A stretch of DNA of 64,000 nt from Histomonas meleagridis 2922-C6/04-290x (Eukaryota; Protista; Parabasalia), in the NCBI GenBank assembly GCA_020184695.1, contig JAANOX010000037.1, positions 124,001 through 188,000 of the forward strand, read 5' to 3'. Positions 56,594 to 64,000 of the stretch are shown piece by piece. The first letter of the stretch is position 1. Every line of letters begins with the position of its first letter. The notes below the pieces were generated by a model that did not search any database, had not been told where the DNA came from, and was given only the letters and a program-made list of their open reading frames with translations. The position numbers and the translations under genes were made by a program.

Positions 56594-57055
56594 ATGATGG
56601 AAGCAAATGTTTACGAGATTGATCCAGGGCCGTCAACTATTTCTCTCATTCTTGATCAACTCCACCACATACAATATACAGACGCACCAATTGTTTGCTT
56701 AATTTTGTTCATCTTTTTCCTTTATATTATTTTTTTTAAATTCAGACATAATCTTATTATTTCAAGTGTTATATTTTTCCTTTCGGTTTTTTTCCTTTTT
56801 GAAGTGCCCTCTCTAAATTCTTTTCTATCATCTAATTGGATAAATCTCAAATTTTCCAAAAATTATTTTGATCAAAACGGAACTTTCCTATTTATATTTT
56901 TTATTATCCCTTTTTCAACGCTCTCAATTCTTATCACTTTCTCATTATTTGTCAACTTCTTTTCTTCCCTCGGAATAAACCGCAAAAAAACCGCAGAAAT
57001 AACCGACAACGATGAACCTCCGCCTCGTTTTGAAAAAGTTAAAAAGGATTTCTAA
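56594..57055 (+). CDS. TMEM18-like membrane protein
   Basis: Three hydrophobic segments with LNSFLSSNWINLKFSKNYFDQNGTF, matching the TMEM18 NW..FS..YFD..G motif. Confidence 0.75.
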   Translation: MMEANVYEIDPGPSTISLILDQLHHIQYTDAPIVCLILFIFFLYIIFFKFRHNLIISSVIFFLSVFFLFEVPSLNSFLSSNWINLKFSKNYFDQNGTFLFIFFIIPFSTLSILITFSLFVNFFSSLGINRKKTAEITDNDEPPPRFEKVKKDF

Positions 57056-57383
57056 CTTAACCAAACATGAGCGCTCAAGCACAGCATGTAATTGGTAATG
57101 CAGGCGTCATGAAAACGAGCATTCCCAAATGGTGTTGATTACATTCATTTTGATACATCAGATGGAACACTTCAACACAATTGTGGCTCAAGAAAAGAAT
57201 CCGAATCAATAAAATGTATTTATCAGCTCAACTTTTTATTTATTACTTATTTTAAATGAAAAAAAATTATTTTTTTTTCTCTTTTCTTTGATCCTTAATT
57301 CAATTCTTCGTAAAAAAATAATTTTTTTTTTTTTACGAAATTATCTTTCAAAACATTATATAAAAGTAGAGCCAAAAATGTCA

Positions 57384-60041
57384 TTACTTACCAAAGTAAT
57401 CATCGTCATCACTTAACTCATAAGAAATAATTTCACTAAATGCGGACACCATATTCCTTCCAGTTGTAGCAGTGGGCACTCCATCAGTGTGACTCTTTTG
57501 CCTTATGACAGGTTGCTGCAACACAATTGGCGATGGCTTCAGACGATTAATGTCATTACCTTCCACAAGCACTTGTCTTTCTTGGAAGTGTTTAATTAGC
57601 GCGTACCAACTTATGTCCATTGACAAACATTTTGCAGATCCGATTATCATTAAACCTTTTCTTGCTCTTGTCAATGCCACGTTTAATCTTCTTGGATCTT
57701 TTAAGAATCCGATTGTAGACTTATTATTTCGTACGCATGAGAATATGATATAATCACGTTCGCCTCCTTGGAAAGAATCAACAGAAGCAACTTCGATATA
57801 AGAATATAATTCCATAGGTAAATCGCCTGCTGTTGATAAGAATTGTTTCAAGTAAAATCGTTGCCCTGCATAAGGCGTAATAACTCCAATTTGATTAGGA
57901 TCAACACCTGCATGACATAACTTGGAGATGATTTGTGAAACTAAATATGCTTCAAGACGATTAATGTATGAAGCGCCATTATCACTTTGCTCTTCTTCGC
58001 CATTAGAGTTATAGAAGAACATTGGTATGTTCGGTTGTGGGAATGGGAAACATGGACGTAATGGAGTTCGATCATGTGCTGATACACCATTTTGTAAGAT
58101 TCCGCCGTAGAAATAATTCGATGGGAATTCAGCTAATGATGGATGCATTCGATATTGCTTCAAAAGTCGAACAGGTTTCATACCTAATTGAACAAGTCGT
58201 TGGACCATTGATACTGATAAACCTGCTCGTAATGCTTTCGGACTTGAAATGTTTGGCCCTAATTGCATATGATCTCCTACTAACACTACTTGTTTGCAAC
58301 CATGTAAAATAGGTATTAATAACTTAGGTTCAACTGTTTGTGTACTTTCATCAATGATTACAACTGGGAACTTTAAGTCTTTAAGACGTCGTGAGCCTGC
58401 TGTATCACATGTACATGTAACCACATCAACACTTCGTGCAACTTCTTTTTCTAATTCTTCACGGAGTGATTCATATTTGGCCTTCTCTGATCCAAACAAT
58501 GGCTCAACCATTCGCTTTTGATGTAACTCTAATAACATTCGTGACTTAGGTGTGCCGAGTTGTAACGCAATCGAAAAAGCATTTAATTGATCAACTGTCG
58601 ATGGAGTACCATCTAATGACCATGATTGAATTCGTACAACGCGAACTCCTGTTTGCCCTATAGATCGTGTTAAATGTTCAACAGTGATATTGGATGGTCC
58701 ACATACTAATAATGGCTTCTTTTGTAATTGTAAGAATTGATATGTTAACGCTGCAATTGTTGTCGTCTTACCTGTGCCTGGTGGTCCTTGAATTAATGTA
58801 AATGGATGTTCGATTGAGTATTGGATGGCTTCTTTTTGTGAATCATTTAAGACTGGTAACTCGGGAACTGCAAAGCTTTTGATGATAAGTTTCTCACGAT
58901 TCATTCGAACTGTTTTGCCTAATATTATGTCTTTGATTAACGGATGTATTATTGTGGAGTCGGCTTTGGTGAATTCTTTTAATGAACGTTGCATTCGCTT
59001 GTAACTAGTGCCCTTCCATAAGAATTGGATTGTGTACATTTGACCTGTTGGCGGCTCATGACTTTCACGTGGTAATATGAACTTGGCTTCAACAAACTCA
59101 CTAAATGAAATCATTATAACTGTGCCTTTGCCTGAGAAGCCTTCAGTGGAAAGAATTATTTCATCGCCAATTGCTAAGTCGCGTATAGATTCGGCTCCTG
59201 GAGCTTGGAAACGTGCAATCCGTATTGAGGGCCCAGAACAAACCCATTCAATGCTCATGTTACGGATTTGTTTGGATTCTTTGACTTTACGTTCATAATC
59301 ACCTTCTTCTTGGATAAGTTTTCGGAATACATATGAATATGTTTTCGTATTACTATATGTAAGTTGGGTATTTGGTATTTGGTCACGGGATCGAATTTGT
59401 GGTAAGTCTAAGATAGAGGCTTTAGGGTCATTTTCCCATGTTTCTTCTAAAAGATTCATATCGGCAATGGATATCTTAGAACAAAATGATTGTTGCTTCT
59501 CTTCGATGGCTGTGGGTGGTCGAACAAGCCATGGAAGAATGCTGTTGTCAGTAATAATGGAATATCGATTTTGCATATCAAATTGAAATGGTGCTAGTGA
59601 GGGATTGTTAAGACAGTCACGACAAAATACATAAAAGTTACCTTGCTTAAGGGATTGAACAAAACAAAGTTGAAATACATTTCTACTTTGACATTGATAA
59701 CAACATAAAGGAATTTTGGAATACTTATTAGAATCAAGTAATTGAAATTCACGGTTTCTAGACTTAACTAAATGTTGAACTATATGAGAATGATGTGACC
59801 TACCTCTTCCATTACAAAAATATTTTCCAGTTGCTGGACATTTAACAAGGCAATCAGGTACATCTAATAAGCAGTAAGCACAATGCGGTGTTTCTTTTAC
59901 TTTCGGGGTTGTTGATTGTTGATTAGCATTTTGAATTTCATTACCATCTTCTCCTATATCCCATTTATCATCATCGTAAGTAGGAATATAGCCAGCTGAG
60001 TTTGGGATGTTTGTATGTGTTCCCCATACGTTGGAATTCAT
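57384..60041 (-). CDS. UPF1: Regulator of nonsense transcripts 1 (SF1 helicase, NMD)
   Basis: CH domain (CAYC...CNGRG...SHIVQHLV), GPPGTGKT, IIDESTQ, LVGDHMQL, VDSFQGGERD, RRLNVALTRAR; likely ATG at 60041. Confidence 0.95.
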   Translation of the reverse strand: MNSNVWGTHTNIPNSAGYIPTYDDDKWDIGEDGNEIQNANQQSTTPKVKETPHCAYCLLDVPDCLVKCPATGKYFCNGRGRSHHSHIVQHLVKSRNREFQLLDSNKYSKIPLCCYQCQSRNVFQLCFVQSLKQGNFYVFCRDCLNNPSLAPFQFDMQNRYSIITDNSILPWLVRPPTAIEEKQQSFCSKISIADMNLLEETWENDPKASILDLPQIRSRDQIPNTQLTYSNTKTYSYVFRKLIQEEGDYERKVKESKQIRNMSIEWVCSGPSIRIARFQAPGAESIRDLAIGDEIILSTEGFSGKGTVIMISFSEFVEAKFILPRESHEPPTGQMYTIQFLWKGTSYKRMQRSLKEFTKADSTIIHPLIKDIILGKTVRMNREKLIIKSFAVPELPVLNDSQKEAIQYSIEHPFTLIQGPPGTGKTTTIAALTYQFLQLQKKPLLVCGPSNITVEHLTRSIGQTGVRVVRIQSWSLDGTPSTVDQLNAFSIALQLGTPKSRMLLELHQKRMVEPLFGSEKAKYESLREELEKEVARSVDVVTCTCDTAGSRRLKDLKFPVVIIDESTQTVEPKLLIPILHGCKQVVLVGDHMQLGPNISSPKALRAGLSVSMVQRLVQLGMKPVRLLKQYRMHPSLAEFPSNYFYGGILQNGVSAHDRTPLRPCFPFPQPNIPMFFYNSNGEEEQSDNGASYINRLEAYLVSQIISKLCHAGVDPNQIGVITPYAGQRFYLKQFLSTAGDLPMELYSYIEVASVDSFQGGERDYIIFSCVRNNKSTIGFLKDPRRLNVALTRARKGLMIIGSAKCLSMDISWYALIKHFQERQVLVEGNDINRLKPSPIVLQQPVIRQKSHTDGVPTATTGRNMVSAFSEIISYELSDDDDYFGK

Positions 60042-60128
60042 AATTTCACAGTAAAAAAAGACAGGCCATGCGTTCAATTTCGTCAAACCGCCGGTTACAA
60101 TTAAAAAATAACGTCTTTTTTCTCTTTT

Positions 60129-60687
60129 TTACTTGATTGACTGGACAAGCCATTTAAGGCCATCGCTTAACCCTTCTCCTGTTATAGCTGAACAACCTTG
60201 GATCTGCCAAGGATGATCACGAATCTTATGTAATTCGAGTGAAATTGTGATTTCATCTGCTGGAAGTGCCGTGGCAAGATCTTGCTTATTTGCAAAAATG
60301 AGAACTGGAATATTTGCTAGCTTCTCATCTTTGAGTAATGTGGCAAGCTCTAACGAGGTTTCTTCTAGGCGGGGTTCATCTGCACAATCTACAACCCAAA
60401 CAAGTGCATCTGTGTTTTCATAATAATTATCCCAATATTGTCGAATAGCTTTTTGACCACCAATGTCCCAAACATTGAACTTAAAGGAGTCGGCTTGAAC
60501 TGTCTTGACGTTGAATCCGCGCGTTGGTGACGTTTCAGTGGGATCTTCATTACATAGATTCTTGAGAATTGTGGTTTTTCCGGCATTATCAAGACCAAGA
60601 AGACTGGAATGTTAGAATAAAAATATACAGTATCCTGCACTCGTGGTCAGAACGACGCATTTGTTGTAAAAGACGTAGAAGGCCCAT
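60129..60687 (-). CDS. ARL3: ADP-ribosylation factor-like GTPase 3, two exons (60629-60687, 60129-60603)
   Basis: MGLLRLL...[17 protein letters not shown]...WDIGGQ...FANKQD...CSAITGEG; 177 aa after removing a 25-nt intron. Confidence 0.92.
60604..60628 (-). other. Canonical 25-nt spliceosomal intron
   Basis: GTATATTTTTATTCTAACATTCCAG: GT..AG ends with TCTAAC branch site next to the 3' splice site; removal restores the ARL3 frame. Confidence 0.92.
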
Positions 60688-60849
60688 CAGCTCAACTAAT
60701 TTCAAACGAACATTGTTAAATTTCAGAATAAATCCAAACGTACGCTCAAGTATTTAACGGTCTTTTCAATTCACCTGTTTTGTGCCGTTTAATATTAGCA
60801 TAATAAAACGAAAAATAAATTAATAAGAAAAGAAAATATTGCAAAATTT

Positions 60850-62880
60850 TTGCTCCAACAAAGAGAACTTTCTGTTTCTTATCTTTTGGATTCGATTTTG
60901 GAAGAAATTATATCAACATCATATTTAAATCATTTCATTTTTTCAAAAGATTTTAGAAAAAATACAATTTCTCATCTTGAAAAAATTATTAAAATTTATG
61001 TTGAAAGTGAAAGAGAACAATTTATTTCATATGTTTTATCTCCAATTTCAAATCCAGATATACCTGAAGTAAAATTTGATTTTTGTAGTGAAAAACAACT
61101 TCAAACAATACTAGAATCTTATGCATTAAATGTCAATTCTGTTTTATCTTATTCAACATCATCTTTAATGACACATTTCTTTTTTGAAGCTTCTTATGTA
61201 AAATCATATGCACTTCAAATCCGAAAAATCCTTTTTGATTTTATTCGGGATTTTCAACAACAATTTGATCAATTTCGTTTACAAATAAAGAAAATTTTAG
61301 AAACATTAATGTTAAATAAATCACAAAAAAATTATCCAAAGCAAATTAATAATAATAAACAATTTCAAGAACTTAAAAGGCAAAACTCTCTTCTTCAAAC
61401 ATTAAATAATGAGTTAAAATCTCAATTAAATTCAAGTGAATATAATAACTTATCGATTAATAAGCAATTTTCTTTATTAAAAGAAGAAATTATAATGAAG
61501 AAAAATGAAAACGAAAAAATAATGAAAGAATTGGTTGATAAAACAGATAAACTTAGAGATTATTATGAAATTAAACAAAATCTTGAAGAAAAAACAGCAG
61601 AAAATGAATCACTTAAAGGAAGATGTTCTTTTTTAGAAATGCAAAATGAAGAATTCACCAAATCGATAATTGAAAAGAAGTTAACAGAAACGAATTATGT
61701 ATCTGAAATCAGTTTATTATCACAAAAAATTATACAAATAAATAAACAATTATCAAATGAGAAATCACAAAATTTAAGTTTACAAAACCAAGTTGAAAGA
61801 ATTCAAAATGAATCAAAAATAGAAATCAACAAAAAATACGAACAATACACAAAATATTATCAAAAAAACTTGAAAGAAAAAGATGATAAAATAAATTTAC
61901 TTACCAAAAAAATTGAAAAACTTAAAGAGAAATCTAAACAAAAGGAAAATATTATTAATCAAAAAGAAAATGAACTTTCACAAGCAAATTTAGTAATAAA
62001 ACAGTTATCATATGAAAATGAACTATTAACAAAACAAATAAAAATCAAAGAAAGTACTAATGTTGATGCACAATTTGAACAAGCACAAAGAATTGCTCAA
62101 AGTGCATTAGCAATTAATTCTCAATCAAGTTTTTCACAATCACAAAGTTCTCAGTTAAATAGTTTTGAAGAAGAATTATATCAAATTAAGTATGAAAGAT
62201 TATGTGTGAAATTATATAAATTAGAAAATCAATGTAATGATCTTGAAATTAAAATAAAACGAGTTTCTTCTTCTAGAGCTAATGCTCTTCAAGAATTAAA
62301 AAAAGTAAAAGAAACATTAAAGGAAAAAGAAAAAGAGAATCGCGAACTTTATAGGAAAATTACTGAAATTCAAAATGAATTAAATGAAAAAACTGAAGAA
62401 AATACTGAACTATCTTTCAAGTTACATAAATTAATAATGAAAAAATCAACTAATAAAGAATATGAAGAAGAATTTAATGAAATGGAAAAGAAGATTAAAG
62501 AAAAAGAAAATATAATTCTAAGAAAAGATGAAATTATTAAAACGCTAAAAGAGAATTCTAATAAATTAGAACAATATATTAAAAATATTCAAAGAAAGTT
62601 GGTAAATGCAAATTGTGAAATAAAATCATTACAAATTAAAAAAGATAAAAATAAATTAAAAGAAAATAATAAAATTAAATCACTTGAAGAAGAAAATGAA
62701 AAATTACTAAGTAGCCTTCAATCACTTCAAAAAACTGAAATTCAAATCCTCAATGAATCCAATAAATACAAAGACGAAATCAAAAATCTTAATAAGCAAA
62801 TTATTGAGCTAAAAGACAGGGAAGAAAAACTTCAAAGCAGTATTAAAGAAAAAAGCTTTGAAATTGATAAAAATAAATAA
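60850..62880 (+). CDS. Coiled-coil protein, function unknown (start uncertain)
   Basis: 676-codon K/E-rich ORF; no ATG near the 5' end. Confidence 0.6.
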   Translation: MLQQRELSVSYLLDSILEEIISTSYLNHFIFSKDFRKNTISHLEKIIKIYVESEREQFISYVLSPISNPDIPEVKFDFCSEKQLQTILESYALNVNSVLSYSTSSLMTHFFFEASYVKSYALQIRKILFDFIRDFQQQFDQFRLQIKKILETLMLNKSQKNYPKQINNNKQFQELKRQNSLLQTLNNELKSQLNSSEYNNLSINKQFSLLKEEIIMKKNENEKIMKELVDKTDKLRDYYEIKQNLEEKTAENESLKGRCSFLEMQNEEFTKSIIEKKLTETNYVSEISLLSQKIIQINKQLSNEKSQNLSLQNQVERIQNESKIEINKKYEQYTKYYQKNLKEKDDKINLLTKKIEKLKEKSKQKENIINQKENELSQANLVIKQLSYENELLTKQIKIKESTNVDAQFEQAQRIAQSALAINSQSSFSQSQSSQLNSFEEELYQIKYERLCVKLYKLENQCNDLEIKIKRVSSSRANALQELKKVKETLKEKEKENRELYRKITEIQNELNEKTEENTELSFKLHKLIMKKSTNKEYEEEFNEMEKKIKEKENIILRKDEIIKTLKENSNKLEQYIKNIQRKLVNANCEIKSLQIKKDKNKLKENNKIKSLEEENEKLLSSLQSLQKTEIQILNESNKYKDEIKNLNKQIIELKDREEKLQSSIKEKSFEIDKNK

Positions 62881-63090
62881 GAAATCGATTATAAAATTGA
62901 ATGATATTAAAATCAAATCGAGAAAATATTATAAAACTTTAACTAGTGTGTTATCAACCAATTTGTGTTTAGAGGTCAATGCATTTAGCTATCAAATGAT
63001 GTTCGAAAATGTTAATTAAAGTAACTCACATATACAAAAAAATTTACCGAACATCCATTTGCCAATCAACAATAAAATGTATTTGAATCT

Positions 63091-64000
63091 TTATTGAGTT
63101 TTATTGAGTTTTCTTTGCTCAACAATTTCCCTGAAATATGGAATTGTCCTCTCTATTCCCTCGTCGAGAAGTATCTTTGGTTCCCAGTTGAGGTATTTCT
63201 TGGCCTTTTCGATGCATGGCTTACGTTGCTTTGGATCATCGACTGCCGCTTCTTGAAACACAATTTTGCCGTTGGGGTTGATTTTCTTGAGAATTATTTC
63301 GGCTAATTCGAGAATTGTAAATTCGCCGGGATTACCAATATTTATTGGACCTGTGTAATCGGTGTCAATCATTGCGAGGACAGCACGGACAGTGTCATCG
63401 ACGTATCCAAAACTTCTGGTTTGCTTGCCATCGCCATAAATTGTCAAATCTTTTCCTTCAAGTGCTTGCATAATGAGGTTTGAGACAACACGGCCATCTT
63501 CTGGATCCATGTTGGGGCCATAGGTATTGAATAATCGGCAGGTTCTGACTTTGGTGCCGTATTGACGAATGTATTCATAACAAAGTGTCTCGGCAGCGCG
63601 CTTGCCTTCATCGTAACAGGAACGTGGACCTCTGCAGTTGACGTTACCCCAGTATTCTTCGGGTTGTGGATGATGTTTTTCATCTGGATCACCATAAACT
63701 TCACTTGTGGATGTATAAACCATACGTGCATCATACTTACGTGCAAGCTCAAGCATATTCTTTGTTCCTTCAATAGATGTAAGCAAAGTGTGAATAGGAT
63801 CATGCATGTAATGTGGAGGTGATGCTGGACATGCAAGATGGAAAATTCTATCAACTTCAATGTCAATAGGATCAATTACGTCGGCAATAATTAATTTGAA
63901 ATTTGGATGATCAATCCATTTTTCAATATTCTTTTTTGTTCCTGTGAACATGTTGTCAAGAACAGTAACTTTATGTCCTTGTTCCATTAGGTTGTTAACT
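63091..64000 (-). CDS. UXS1: UDP-glucuronate decarboxylase (UDP-xylose synthase), 5' end beyond window
   Basis: LDNMFTG, IFHLACPASPPHY, TSTSEVYGDP, YWGNVN..GPRSCYDEGKRAAETL, FNTYGP, QTRSF, DDPKQRKP. Confidence 0.95.
   Translation of the reverse strand, partial: VNNLMEQGHKVTVLDNMFTGTKKNIEKWIDHPNFKLIIADVIDPIDIEVDRIFHLACPASPPHYMHDPIHTLLTSIEGTKNMLELARKYDARMVYTSTSEVYGDPDEKHHPQPEEYWGNVNCRGPRSCYDEGKRAAETLCYEYIRQYGTKVRTCRLFNTYGPNMDPEDGRVVSNLIMQALEGKDLTIYGDGKQTRSFGYVDDTVRAVLAMIDTDYTGPINIGNPGEFTILELAEIILKKINPNGKIVFQEAAVDDPKQRKPCIEKAKKYLNWEPKILLDEGIERTIPYFREIVEQRKLNKTQ

Noticed and set aside
1-64000. tRNA, rRNA or snRNA genes; non-standard genetic code
   Set aside because: No cloverleaf or rRNA-like segment recognised by eye. 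Conserved genes end at TAA/TGA and show no in-frame stops, so the standard code fits.

Overview
AT-rich eukaryotic nuclear DNA using the standard code. It is most likely from a parabasalid (trichomonad), inferred from DUF3447-ankyrin and BspA-like families, a Tom40-like porin and a 25-nt GT..TCTAAC..CAG intron. Housekeeping genes (RPL3, TBL1-like, ARPC4, Rho/Rac, SCAMP, CYFIP, DHHC, GFAT, Med27-like, RPL35A, TMEM18, UPF1, ARL3, UXS1) are interspersed with accessory loci. MAIN RESULT: four DUF3447-ankyrin genes (701-3934 +, 20202-23674 -, 26736-29424 -, 45001-48133 +) look like broken pseudogenes in the ORF track, but they are written in a hidden code. Every ankyrin beta-hairpin loop is encoded as a run of 20-nt modules, each a 17-nt AT-rich non-coding element (RWT...TTT, no GT-AG, no branch point) followed by ONE codon. 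Deleting the ~180 elements I counted by hand gives continuous, stop-free canonical ankyrin repeats (e.g. KD-NDGW-TAL, KD-EDGQ-TAL, KN-NLGE-TAL). Three of the four end in a normal capping repeat; the 20202-23674 gene stops at a TGA inside its last repeat. Three junctions lack exactly one 17-mer. One array has near-identical 17-mers flanking hypervariable single codons in 2-6 copies. This points to an apparently undescribed non-canonical micro-intron/single-codon micro-exon (or ribosome-bypass or DNA-excision) system acting on ankyrin binding loops. The mechanism cannot be determined from DNA alone. Several single-base homopolymer frameshifts elsewhere suggest some assembly error.
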